Source of the DNA: Candidatus Bathyarchaeota archaeon
GTDB lineage: Archaea; Thermoproteota; CALKCG01; B24
Direction: 5' to 3'
DNA length: 64,000 bases
Assembly (NCBI GenBank): GCA_018396755.1
Contig: JAGTQM010000002.1
Location: forward strand, 19,972-83,971
Part shown: piece by piece, positions 8,188 through 17,355 of the stretch
Layout of the letters: each line of letters opens with the position of its first letter
Position numbering within the stretch: the first letter of the stretch is position 1
The notes under the pieces: model-generated
Databases searched by the model: none
The model's input: only the letters and a program-made list of their open reading frames with translations
Told to the model about the DNA's origin: nothing
Made by a program: the position numbers and the translations under genes

Positions 8188-9471
8188 TTAAAATGGAATC
8201 CATTTAGCTTCAACTTTAAACATTTCATCAACCATTTTCTCGATTTCTCTAGGTGTTAAAATGGCTGATGTTAATGGGTCGAACATTATTGCTTGTAAAG
8301 CCGCATTCCTATCCTTTTCTAGGCTGGCTTTAACAGCAAGCTCTTGAACATTTATGTTTGTTCTATTTAAGGCGGCGCATTGAGGCGGTAAGCCCCCTAC
8401 ATGACATGGATGTATACCGCCTTCGTCGACTAAACATGGGACTTCAACGCAACAACCATTTGGAAGATTTGTTATCAACCATTTATTTTCAACATTGCCA
8501 TTTATACGGCATGGTTTGTCAGTATTCATAGAGTATATGATGTCTATACCGTACTCGTGTGATCTTGTAAGCTTTATCGGCGCTTCACCTCGTACTTGCC
8601 TCTTTATGTGTTCAAAATGCGGTTTCCACGCTTCTTTACATATTTCTAAATAAAACCATCTCGGTTCACAGTACATTTTACGCCTCTCTTCAGTGGTTCT
8701 AAAATATGGAACGTATTCGCCTAAATGGTGGCTTGACTCCGTTATGAAGTAGCCTAAATACTTCATCATTTCAAATCTAACCTTATCCTTTTCATAGATT
8801 TCTTTCTTTTCCATAGCCTTCCAGAGAAGCGGATACGCATCTTCACCCTTATATTTAAACTCTAGGAAGAAAGCTTGATGGTTTATTCCAGCAACCCAAT
8901 AGTAAACGTCTTCATATGAAACGTTTATATACTCTGCCAACTGCATAGCCGTTCCCTGAACACTATGACAGAGTCCAACGTTTTTAATTTTCGTCGCCTT
9001 ATTCATAGCCCAACAGTTAATCGCCATAGGATTAGCGTAGTTAATTAAAAGCGCATCTGGACATAGGTCTTCCATATCGTAGCATATGTCCAACAGAACC
9101 GGGATTGTTCTAAGACCTCGGAAAACCCCTCCAGGACCCAGTGTATCACCGACCTCCTGATTCACACCGTACTTCAATGGGATGTATATATCATGTTCGA
9201 AGGCTTCAAGCCCTCCAACCTGGATCATTATTATTACGTAGTCAGCGTCTTTCAAAGCCTCTCTACGGTTTAGAGTAGATTCAACCTTTAGTTCGGGCGC
9301 ATATTTGGAAGCTAATGTATGCGTAAACTGAGTTATCAATTCAAGCCGTTCAGCGTCAATATCCATGAGAGCTACTGTAGAATCTCTAAGCTCTTGATGG
9401 TAAACTATGTCTGTAAGTAGGCGGCTGGCAAAGATAACGCTTCCAGCACCAATAAAAACTATTTTTGCCAT
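8188..9471 (-). CDS. Glycoside hydrolase family 4 (NAD/Mn-dependent alpha-glucosidase/alpha-galactosidase type)
   Basis: The N-terminal Rossmann motif is MAKIVFIGAGSVIF, and GLCHSVQGT is present. The ORF-track start at 9489 (TTG) adds 6 residues. The ATG at 9471 fits the family N-terminus better. Confidence 0.75.
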   Translation of the reverse strand: MAKIVFIGAGSVIFASRLLTDIVYHQELRDSTVALMDIDAERLELITQFTHTLASKYAPELKVESTLNRREALKDADYVIIMIQVGGLEAFEHDIYIPLKYGVNQEVGDTLGPGGVFRGLRTIPVLLDICYDMEDLCPDALLINYANPMAINCWAMNKATKIKNVGLCHSVQGTAMQLAEYINVSYEDVYYWVAGINHQAFFLEFKYKGEDAYPLLWKAMEKKEIYEKDKVRFEMMKYLGYFITESSHHLGEYVPYFRTTEERRKMYCEPRWFYLEICKEAWKPHFEHIKRQVRGEAPIKLTRSHEYGIDIIYSMNTDKPCRINGNVENKWLITNLPNGCCVEVPCLVDEGGIHPCHVGGLPPQCAALNRTNINVQELAVKASLEKDRNAALQAIMFDPLTSAILTPREIEKMVDEMFKVEAKWIPF

Positions 9472-9575
9472 ACAGAACCACTCTGCCAAGAGAAAAATAT
9501 ACGCAGTAAAGTCTTAAAGGTTTAATTACCACCGTAATTGAATCCACATTTTGGTTTCAGAAGACATCTAGGAAT

Positions 9576-10136
9576 CTACTCACTCATTGCAGTTATTCTT
9601 ACACTCTGCTTCCATATCTCTTTATAAGCGAAGTAGTAATCCCATTCTTTAACCAACTCTATGAATCTCTCAATATTGAGAACCGTAAAATGGAAATGCC
9701 TATTTTGAACATGCTCATGGATTTCTAAATCTGTCTTCTCATCTTCCGTAAGCTCCTCTAAAAAGTCTTCATCTCTTTCAGCGTCAACTGGTATTTCCAC
9801 ACCATATCCTTTTAAACCTTCTTTAGACACTATAGGACGCACCGTCCATCGATCTTCACCTATTATTAAAACCATGTAAACACTGCAACCATCAAAGTTT
9901 CTCCTCCATAAACCAGAGTTAACGTATTTCCACTTCTTCTCAAGATACTTTACAGAATCTATGAATTCGTTAACTTCCTCTCTGTCTATGTCTTCGTTCA
10001 CTTTAAACGAGTGTGGAATATAAAGGGAGGGGTGTAAAGCTTTAAGTAATAAGAGTTTAGAGAATTGAATATCCCTAGAAATGTAAACGTAAAATAGGGC
10101 TCCTCTACATTTAAGTTGCTGTTCTCCCCTGGTCAT
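9576..10136 (-). CDS. Hypothetical protein
   Basis: 186 aa ORF with plausible composition. I recognise no motif. No alternative upstream start exists in frame. Confidence 0.4.
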   Translation of the reverse strand: MTRGEQQLKCRGALFYVYISRDIQFSKLLLLKALHPSLYIPHSFKVNEDIDREEVNEFIDSVKYLEKKWKYVNSGLWRRNFDGCSVYMVLIIGEDRWTVRPIVSKEGLKGYGVEIPVDAERDEDFLEELTEDEKTDLEIHEHVQNRHFHFTVLNIERFIELVKEWDYYFAYKEIWKQSVRITAMSE

Positions 10137-10142
10137 AATGGA

Positions 10143-10190
10143 GTTGAAGCTCCCCTTCTCAAAGTTTAAGAAGAATGGGGGAACTTCAAG
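10143..10190 (-). promoter_or_regulatory. Stem-loop (11 of 12 positions paired, ~22 nt loop) ending 7 nt before the start codon of the 9576-10136 gene
   Basis: 10144-10155 (TTGAAGCTCCCC) pairs with 10178-10189 (GGGGAACTTCAA) with one mismatch. In the mRNA sense the 3' arm contains the G-rich SD-like GGGGAG. Confidence 0.35.
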
Positions 10191-10503
10191 AGCAAGGTTT
10201 CTGCACCTAAACGAAAATCTATTTTCCTTATTTTCATTAATAATAAATAGCTTATTTTAAGCTTATAAAGATTTTTAAAGAAATTTAAAATTTAACAGTG
10301 ATATATTCAAATGATTCATTAAATTTATCTCATTAAAATCAATAAAAACTTGGAAAAATAGAAATTAATTTGAATCTTAGAAATCTTAATTCAAGTTTAC
10401 GATAGTAGTGTTGCATTAAGCTTTAAGAAACAAACAGTTTCAGAAAAACGTAGCTAATGAAACATATAGGTCATTTTTTACCATGGACAATCGCTGTCTT
10501 AAA

Positions 10504-11205
10504 TCAGTTTATACGTTTTTCTTCAACTATTTTCTCAGCTTCTTCTAAGTCTTTAATGGTATCTATACTTCTCCAAATTGTAAAATCGTAATATTTTACA
10601 GTTTTAAGCTTTCTGGCGTCTGCGAGTTTTGGAAATAGTTCCCTCTCCAAGTCTCCTCTATCCGGTAGGTATTTAAACACTTCAGGTTTGAATAGGTATA
10701 ATCCTGCATTTATCCAGTAGTCGCGGATGACGGGTTTCTCTTGGAAGAGAATTATGTAATCCCTACTGTCTGAAAAAACTATTCCATACGGTGAAGGTAG
10801 GGGTACTGTAGCTATTGCCCCTATCGCACTTCCATCTAATACCCCTATGAGTTTAGTTGGATCTATGTCCGTTATCACATCTCCATTAACGACATAGAAC
10901 ATTTCCTCCTTATCGAGAAGATTTACAGCGTTTTTAAGCCCACCACCTGTGCCTAAAGGCTCTTCTTCTACGACGTAAGATATATGGACTCCATACTTCC
11001 TACCACTGCCAAGATGGTCTATAAACTTCTCCTTAAGATACCCAACAGTCGCTATGAATTCTCTAACTCCATATTTCTTTAGCCATTCAATCTGATGAGC
11101 TATAATGGATTTACCAGCAATTTCCACCAGAGGTTTAGGCATATCATTTGTTAAAGGCCTTAAACGCTTACCTTGACCGCCAGCTAAAATGACAGCCTTC
11201 ATCAA
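10504..11205 (-). CDS. Sugar-phosphate nucleotidylyltransferase (NDP-sugar pyrophosphorylase)
   Basis: MMKAVILAGGQGKRLRPLTNDMPKPLVEIAGKSII...EEEPLGTGGGL is the canonical GxGxR nucleotidyltransferase signature. Confidence 0.8.
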   Translation of the reverse strand: MMKAVILAGGQGKRLRPLTNDMPKPLVEIAGKSIIAHQIEWLKKYGVREFIATVGYLKEKFIDHLGSGRKYGVHISYVVEEEPLGTGGGLKNAVNLLDKEEMFYVVNGDVITDIDPTKLIGVLDGSAIGAIATVPLPSPYGIVFSDSRDYIILFQEKPVIRDYWINAGLYLFKPEVFKYLPDRGDLERELFPKLADARKLKTVKYYDFTIWRSIDTIKDLEEAEKIVEEKRIN

Positions 11206-11303
11206 TAACTCTTATCCTCAGAAAGCTTTTTAAATTTAAAAACACTCATGGAGTTTAAAAATCTTTCATATAGGTCTATAGTGTCCATGTAAATCGAATG
11301 ATG

Positions 11304-12773
11304 TTATGTATTGGTTTCACCTTGAAGCTTTACGACGTTAACTGAGTGGGGCTTAAGTTCAAGGTTAACCTTGTTATTTTCTATCTTAATATCAGCCTCT
11401 TCAATCCCTACGACATGAGGATTTTCAAGGGTATTCCTATCTTCAATGCTCTTCCCCGCGACCGTTTTCATACCTCCTTTACTAGGTTTAAAACCTTTGA
11501 AGGTCGTTTGAATATATGCGTATTCTGTCTCATGCCTATTGACTACGTATAAGTATAGAGTCCCCCCGCCCTCAGTAATCATAGCCGATACGTCTATGAA
11601 TGGAATATAACGGTTAAGCTCGCTTGACTTGTAAAGCTGTGAATCTACAACTGTTGGAAGAATATAATCTCCAACGCTTTCACCATACAACTTAAACACG
11701 TAATACTGAGGTGTTAAAACCATTCGTCCATCATCTGAAGCAACTATCAACGGTATAACGTTCACCGTTTGTGCAAATGCCGCAATAGGTACTTCGTTAC
11801 ACAGCCTATGTAGAGAGTTTAAAACCCCCGCTGTAAAAACAGCATCTTTAACGCTCGTGATCTGTCTAAGTAGTGGAGGTTTTGCTTCTGAATACCAAAC
11901 ATTCCACTCATCAAAAGCCAGTTTTATTTCACGTTTAATATTGTACTTTCTCCTTACATCTTGAATAAGCTCGTAAACGTTTCTCAGTCTCCTCTCAATG
12001 TCTACACTATAGGCTACAAGTTCTCTATAGGGCTTGTCCCCACCAATATAGATGTGAATAGACAAGTAGTCGAAGTACTCTCCTGCATTTTTCACCATAG
12101 CAATGTTCCACTCCAGGTCTTCACATCCAACCGCTATAAGCCTGATCTCCGAGTCTACAGTTTTCATCTCATTTGCAAATTCCACAGTTCTTCTCGCACA
12201 TTCAACACCATCTACGCAGAATCCGATCTGCCACCTTCCATACAGTTCATTTCCCACCCCCCATATTTTAACGCGATACGGGCTAACATGTCCATATTGA
12301 CGTCTAAGTTGCGCATAGTAGGTGTCTCTATTAGAGTTACAGTATTCCACCCAATGTGCCGCCTCCTCAGGTGTTCCGTTTCCAGCATTAACGACCACCC
12401 AAGGCTCGGCCCCTACAAGGCTACACCAATCTATGAATTCGTCTGTTCCAAAAGTATTAGGCTCATCCTGACCCCACGCCATATCGTAGCGTTTAGGCCG
12501 TTTTTCCCTAGGTCCAATGCCATCCAGCCAATGGTATCCACTGGCGAAGTTCCCACCAGGCCATCTAACGGTGGGACAGTTCAACTGTTTAACTGCGTCC
12601 AAAACATCTAAACGGTATCCTCTCACATTTGGTATGTTAGAATCTTCACCGACCCATATACCTCCATATATACACTCACCTAAATGCTCTATAAATTGCC
12701 CATAGCATCTTCTGTCGAATCTTCCAATAGGTGAAGTTGCATCGATAGATGCTCTACAGTCCAGTATAATCAC
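11304..12773 (-). CDS. abfA: Alpha-L-arabinofuranosidase, GH51
   Basis: 489 aa. Signature segments are YGGIWVGEDS, VRWPGGNFASGYHWLDGIGPREKRP and WGVGNELYGRWQIG (acid/base Glu context). Confidence 0.8.
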   Translation of the reverse strand: MIILDCRASIDATSPIGRFDRRCYGQFIEHLGECIYGGIWVGEDSNIPNVRGYRLDVLDAVKQLNCPTVRWPGGNFASGYHWLDGIGPREKRPKRYDMAWGQDEPNTFGTDEFIDWCSLVGAEPWVVVNAGNGTPEEAAHWVEYCNSNRDTYYAQLRRQYGHVSPYRVKIWGVGNELYGRWQIGFCVDGVECARRTVEFANEMKTVDSEIRLIAVGCEDLEWNIAMVKNAGEYFDYLSIHIYIGGDKPYRELVAYSVDIERRLRNVYELIQDVRRKYNIKREIKLAFDEWNVWYSEAKPPLLRQITSVKDAVFTAGVLNSLHRLCNEVPIAAFAQTVNVIPLIVASDDGRMVLTPQYYVFKLYGESVGDYILPTVVDSQLYKSSELNRYIPFIDVSAMITEGGGTLYLYVVNRHETEYAYIQTTFKGFKPSKGGMKTVAGKSIEDRNTLENPHVVGIEEADIKIENNKVNLELKPHSVNVVKLQGETNT

Positions 12774-12930
12774 CTCCTATATTTCCTCCATTATATGACT
12801 ATTTTTCTTTTTCCGCTTCATTTGGCAGAACTAGTCTTAAAGACCTGAGGAAAAAATGTTCATACGATGTATTCGGACACCGGAGGAGAACCAAAAAAGT
12901 AGACTTAGCTAAAAATCAGCGATGATAAAG

Positions 12931-12964
12931 TTTAAATTAAATACTTCCTTCTTAAGTTAAGAAG
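12931..12964 (+). promoter_or_regulatory. TATA-like box (TTTAAATTAAATA) followed by the perfect palindrome CTTCTTAA-G-TTAAGAAG (12948-12964), upstream of the hydrogenase operon
   Basis: Read directly. The palindrome sits between the TATA-like element and the first start codon (13001/13010). That position is typical of archaeal repressor operators. Confidence 0.35.
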
Positions 12965-13000
12965 TATTAAGACTGAAAATAGAGTACTTAGACGCGTCGG

Positions 13001-13435
13001 GTGCATACTATGGGCATTATTACGTGGTCTCGAATAAGAAGCCCCTGGCTTTTACATTTCAACACTGGAGGATGTAACGGTTGCGACATAGAGGTTCTTG
13101 CAACTTTAACTCCAAGATATGATTTAGAAAGATTTGGCTGTCTACTTAAAGGTAGTCCTAGACATGCAGACGTTATGGTCGTAACAGGACCAGTGACTAG
13201 ACAGGTTAGAGATAGACTTATAAGAGTCTACGAGCAGATGCCTGAGCCTAAGTTTGTCGTAGCCGTAGGTGCGTGTGCGTGTAGTGGTGGAGTCTTCCAA
13301 GGATGCTACAACGTTTATCCAGGTTTAGATGCTGTTCTTCCAGTAGATGCATATATACCCGGATGCCCACCTAAACCTGAAGCGATAATAAACGGGGTTG
13401 CAGCATTATTAGCTAAGCTGGAGGGTAGATTATGA
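13001..13435 (+). CDS. Group-4 [NiFe]-hydrogenase small subunit (NuoB/EchC/MbhJ-like, one [4Fe-4S])
   Basis: SPWLLHFNTGGCNGCDIE...VVAVGACACSGGVF...YIPGCPPKPE gives the four Cys of the NuoB-type cluster. The start is GTG 13001 or ATG 13010. Confidence 0.85.
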   Translation: MHTMGIITWSRIRSPWLLHFNTGGCNGCDIEVLATLTPRYDLERFGCLLKGSPRHADVMVVTGPVTRQVRDRLIRVYEQMPEPKFVVAVGACACSGGVFQGCYNVYPGLDAVLPVDAYIPGCPPKPEAIINGVAALLAKLEGRL

Positions 13436-13902
13436 AGGAAGAAGAAGTCGTATCAAAACTTAAAGAGGTCTTCGGAGATAAAGTTTCAGAGTTTAAAATA
13501 GCTCCACGTAGGGTATACTTCCATATTCCTCCAGAGCACTATAAAGAAGTCGTCAAGTTTCTAGCTGAAAAGTTTGGCTTTATACATATTCAAACCATAA
13601 CTTCCACAGATTTTGGTAAAGAGATAGAGGTTATGCCTCATCTTGGTAGAGGATTGACTGTAAGCGTTAGAACACGTGTACCTAAGGATAAACCAGTAGT
13701 AGATAGTATAGTTGATGTGATGCCTGGGGCATCTTTCCATGAAAGAGAGGTACATGACCTGTTAGGTGTTGAGTTTAAGGGTAATCCAAACTTAAATCGG
13801 ATTCTTCTATCTGAAGACTGGCCTGAGGGGGTTCACCCACTTAGAAAAGAGAGTCAACTTACACCCCCTAAACCCATTAGAGGTGGTGTAAATGAGTGTT
13901 AG
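13432..13902 (+). CDS. NuoC/EchD-like hydrogenase subunit
   Basis: 156 aa. MPGASFHEREVHDLLGVEFKGNP is the NuoC (30 kDa) family signature. The start overlaps the upstream stop. Confidence 0.75.
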   Translation: MKEEEVVSKLKEVFGDKVSEFKIAPRRVYFHIPPEHYKEVVKFLAEKFGFIHIQTITSTDFGKEIEVMPHLGRGLTVSVRTRVPKDKPVVDSIVDVMPGASFHEREVHDLLGVEFKGNPNLNRILLSEDWPEGVHPLRKESQLTPPKPIRGGVNEC

Positions 13903-15082
13903 TTCCTCTTATGAGAGATTTTTCGACATACCTATAGGGCCGCAACACCCTGCTCTAAAAGAACCGCTGTTCTTAAAACTCATAGTTGAGGGTGAACATG
14001 TCGTCGCAGCAGACGTAGACGTATCGTACACACATAGGGGTATTGAAAGAGCTATGCAGGAGAGAAACTACGTACAGAACATATACTTGGCTGAGAGAAT
14101 ATGTGGCATATGTAATGTAGCGCATACGTTATGCTATTGCCAGAACGTTGAAGGGCTATATGATGTTGAAATACCGAGTAGAGCGTTATATATAAGGGTT
14201 TTAGTTGAGGAGCTTGCTAGAATTCACAGCCATCTTCTATGGCTTGGCGTTGCAGCTCATGAAATAGGGTTTGATACGTTGTTTATGTATGTATGGAGAG
14301 ACCGAGAGATCGTTATGGATTTGATAGAGGAGGTAACTGGTAACAGGGTTACATCTGCCATAAACACCATCGGAGGTGTTCGAAGAGACGTCAAACCTGA
14401 GACTTGCGATAAATGTTTAAAGGCTATGGACTATATAGAGGAGAGGACTAAGTATTATAAGAGGGTCTGTAAAACAGACCCAACAATAGCTGCAAGATGT
14501 GTAGGGGTGGGAATACTTAAACCCGATGAAGCAGTAAGACTATGCGCAGTAGGACCGACTTTAAGAGCCTCAAACGTGAAGTACGACGTTAGAGCGGATG
14601 ATCCATATGCTGTTCACGATGAAGTTCCATTCAATGTGATCGTGTATGATACTAACGATAGCTTCGGTAGGATTTTAGTCAGGATAGATGAGATATTCGA
14701 GTCTATAAATATGGTTAGGTACTGTATTAAACATATGCCTAGTGGACCAGTTAGAGCTAGGCTTAGGTTGAATCCGCCAGTTGGCGAACACCTTAGTAGA
14801 GTAGAAGCACCTAGGGGAGAGCTTGTACATTATGTAAAGTCTAATGGAAGTGAGAAACCTGAAAGATATAAGGTTAGAACTCCTACGTTTGAAAATCTAT
14901 CTGCACTCTGCGAAATGCTTACATCTAAAGGGAATTACGTGGTTAACATAGCCGATGTGCCAGTGGTATTTGCTTCAATAGATCCATGTTTAAGTTGTAC
15001 TTCTAGAGTCGCCATATTAGATAGTGAGAGGGGGAAGATTTGGATTGGCAGTTTGGAAGAGTTAAAGAGGTTGAAGAGGTGA
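13892..15082 (+). CDS. Group-4 [NiFe]-hydrogenase large (catalytic) subunit (EchE/MbhL/NuoD-like)
   Basis: 396 aa. The N-terminus has GPQHPALKEP...YTHRGIE and the metal-binding motif RICGICNVAH. The C-terminal DPCLSCTSR motif is also retained, so both Cys pairs for the Ni-Fe site are present. Confidence 0.85.
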   Translation: MSVSSSYERFFDIPIGPQHPALKEPLFLKLIVEGEHVVAADVDVSYTHRGIERAMQERNYVQNIYLAERICGICNVAHTLCYCQNVEGLYDVEIPSRALYIRVLVEELARIHSHLLWLGVAAHEIGFDTLFMYVWRDREIVMDLIEEVTGNRVTSAINTIGGVRRDVKPETCDKCLKAMDYIEERTKYYKRVCKTDPTIAARCVGVGILKPDEAVRLCAVGPTLRASNVKYDVRADDPYAVHDEVPFNVIVYDTNDSFGRILVRIDEIFESINMVRYCIKHMPSGPVRARLRLNPPVGEHLSRVEAPRGELVHYVKSNGSEKPERYKVRTPTFENLSALCEMLTSKGNYVVNIADVPVVFASIDPCLSCTSRVAILDSERGKIWIGSLEELKRLKR

Positions 15083-15088
15083 AACTGG

Positions 15089-15427
15089 ATGGCTATGCTT
15101 CCGGAGGTGTTTAGACATATCTTCAAGAAACGGGCTACGTTAATGTACCCGTTTAGAGATAGGGAGAAAATACCTGTGCCGGAAGGGCTTAGAGGTAAAA
15201 TGAGCTTCAACCGGGAACTTTGTATAGGTTGTGGACTATGTGCAAGGTTTTGTCCAAGTGGGGCTGCAAAACTTGTAGAGGATGATAAGGGTAAACGTCC
15301 AATATTCTATATAGATCAGTGTCTTTTCTGCGCTCAATGTGAAGAAGTATGCCCTAGGAAAGCTATAACATTGACAAGGGAATTTGAGGTGGCTGGCTTC
15401 AATAGGAGTAATTTAGTTGTAAAGTAA
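15089..15427 (+). CDS. 2x[4Fe-4S] ferredoxin-like subunit (NuoI/EchF/MbhN-like)
   Basis: Contains CIGCGLCARFCP and CLFCAQCEEVCP, with an N-terminal TLMYP segment as in NuoI-type subunits. Confidence 0.8.
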   Translation: MAMLPEVFRHIFKKRATLMYPFRDREKIPVPEGLRGKMSFNRELCIGCGLCARFCPSGAAKLVEDDKGKRPIFYIDQCLFCAQCEEVCPRKAITLTREFEVAGFNRSNLVVK

Positions 15428-15463
15428 GCGCATTGTCCATAAGTATTTAATCGTAGCTGGTTT

Positions 15464-15961
15464 GTGGAAATGGAAGAGGTTTTCAATAAGCTCCTCGAAA
15501 ATAGGCGTAAAGTAGTAGTATTAGGTATTGGAAATACGTTGAGGCGGGACGACGGTTTCGGTGCATACGTTGCGTCTTCGCTTAAACGGTTTAATTTTGA
15601 AGATGTTCTAATATTGGAGGCTGGCATTTCCCCTGAGACATTCTTATATGATATTTTAGAGTTTAAGCCTTCACATCTCATAATAGTGGATACTGTTGAG
15701 GCAAATCGTAAACCTGGAGATGTAGTAGTAGCTAGACTTGAGGAAGTGATAGATGAAATAGCCGTATCAACCCACAGGCTACCTTTAACAGTACTCGTAA
15801 AATATCTAAGGCTTATGGGGTTTAATGGGGAAGTCGTACTTATAGGTGTTCAACCCGGTGATCTATCATTTGGGGAAGCCCCAACTCTAGAAGTTAAAGA
15901 GGCCACCCGCATCGTTACGGATTTATTGAAGGTCGCATTATCAATTAAGCCGTATGAATAG
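15464..15961 (+). CDS. hycI: Hydrogenase maturation endopeptidase (HycI/HyaD family)
   Basis: VVVLGIGNTLRRDDGFGAYVA...IIVDTVEA...STHRLPL is the typical protease signature. The start is GTG 15464 or ATG 15470. Confidence 0.8.
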   Translation: MEMEEVFNKLLENRRKVVVLGIGNTLRRDDGFGAYVASSLKRFNFEDVLILEAGISPETFLYDILEFKPSHLIIVDTVEANRKPGDVVVARLEEVIDEIAVSTHRLPLTVLVKYLRLMGFNGEVVLIGVQPGDLSFGEAPTLEVKEATRIVTDLLKVALSIKPYE

Positions 15962-16494
15962 GAAGACTAATTAAAAATATCGCGTAATTTCATTATTTCA
16001 ATTATCAGCTACATTTTGAATTAGCAAATTTGTATGCTATGATTATGAAATGTTATCGTAGTGAGTTAATTATGGAAGGATATAGAATGTCTGTAATAGG
16101 TGAAAATTTCCTCAGATAGAGACAAGAACAACTAAAGGTTTAATAAAATTACCAGACGACTATAATGGAAGATGATCTATTCTTTTCAACCACGATTATA
16201 TACATAGTTGGTAAAGTTTGTATATGAGTATGGATTTAAGAAGCGGCTCCTTTTATCTCAAGATACTGGCTGGTACAATGTTAGAGATCTTAAAGGTGAG
16301 GAATATTCGAAACTACTCGCATTTAGTTAAAAACCTTCAATAGTTGAAAACGGATTTAGCCATAATTGCAGAGAAAATTTTAGTACTCTTGCATGAGAGT
16401 TCTAAATAAGATTATTTAAAATCCCCTTTTCCGCATGATTGAATATGCTGATCAGCCTATTTATGGAAACCTAACAAAGAGAATTTATTATGAA

Positions 16495-16595
16495 AGCCGG
16501 GGAGGGGATTTGAACCCCTGTATAACGGGTTTCCACAGCTATATAGACCTACAGTTCTTCTGCAGCCCGTTGCCTCGCCACTCGGCCACCCCGGC
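16495..16595 (-). tRNA. tRNA-Cys (GCA) with a 29-nt intron at the canonical 37/38 position (intron 16531-16559)
   Basis: Hand-folded. Acceptor GCCGGGG/CCCCGGC, discriminator U73, anticodon stem ACGGG/CCCGT, loop CU-GCA-G, T arm AGGGG-TTCAAAT-CCCCT. CUGC pairs with GUGG and leaves 3-nt bulges, giving a relaxed bulge-helix-bulge. No CCA is encoded. A TATA-like sequence (reverse complement GATTTATACAAC) lies ~27 nt upstream. Confidence 0.8.
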
Positions 16596-16716
16596 CTTAA
16601 AGAATTTTCCGAAAATGTGTTGTATAAATCTTTCTAAAAGAAGTTTGAAGAATTAGCGCGGTCAATCATTTAAACCTTGAAATATTTAATGCTCTTAAAG
16701 ATTAAATTACTATTGA

Positions 16717-17355
16717 GTGACTATGCTGTATGGAGTTATTAAGAGTAGGAGAAGTGTTAGAACCTATGATGGGAGGGAAGTTCCAAGAGATGTTTTAAGT
16801 AGAATTTTCGAAGCTGCTCGATGGGCTCCTTCAGCTCATAATGCTCAGCCTTGGCGTTTTATCGTAATATATGAGAGGGATGTTAAGAGGATGCTTGCTA
16901 GGGCTATGGCAGATGCGTGGTTTGAAGACCTGAGAAGGGATGGAGTTTCAGATCAGGAAGCATTGAAAATCATTGAAGAAGAATCTATGAGGAGATTTAC
17001 CGAAAGCCCCGTGTTAATAGTTGTAGGTTTAACTATGAGAGATATGGATAAGTATCCTGATGAACGAAGAATGAGAGCTGAATATACTATGGCTATTCAA
17101 AGCGTGGCAGCTGCTGTACAGAATATACTTTTAGCGGCCCATTTAGAAGGGCTTGGAGCATGCTGGGTATGTGCACCACTATTCTGCCAAGAGGTCGTAA
17201 AGAAGACTTTAAAACTTCCAGAGGAGTTTGAGCCACAGGCTATACTGACGTTGGGTTATCCGGTAGGAGAATGTAGTCCTCCTCCGAGGAAGACGTTGAG
17301 CGAAATCGTATGGGTCTTAACATCAGAGGAGGGGTTAACCTCATGGAAGATTTAA
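16717..17355 (+). CDS. Nitroreductase-family flavoprotein, possibly FbiB-C-terminal-like (dehydro-F420-0 reductase type)
   Basis: IKSRRSVRTYDGREVP...ARWAPSAHNAQPWRF is the nitroreductase signature. Its end overlaps cofD, so the two are probably translationally coupled. Confidence 0.7.
   Translation: MTMLYGVIKSRRSVRTYDGREVPRDVLSRIFEAARWAPSAHNAQPWRFIVIYERDVKRMLARAMADAWFEDLRRDGVSDQEALKIIEEESMRRFTESPVLIVVGLTMRDMDKYPDERRMRAEYTMAIQSVAAAVQNILLAAHLEGLGACWVCAPLFCQEVVKKTLKLPEEFEPQAILTLGYPVGECSPPPRKTLSEIVWVLTSEEGLTSWKI

Noticed and set aside
10200-10500. AT-rich spacer as a replication origin
   Set aside because: I could identify no ORB or mini-ORB-like repeated elements, and no orc1/cdc6 gene is nearby. 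AT-richness alone is insufficient.
11961-12611. 216-aa + strand ORF (with others at 11346, 12103 and 12517)
   Set aside because: It is antisense to the well-supported GH51 arabinofuranosidase gene and its composition is implausible.
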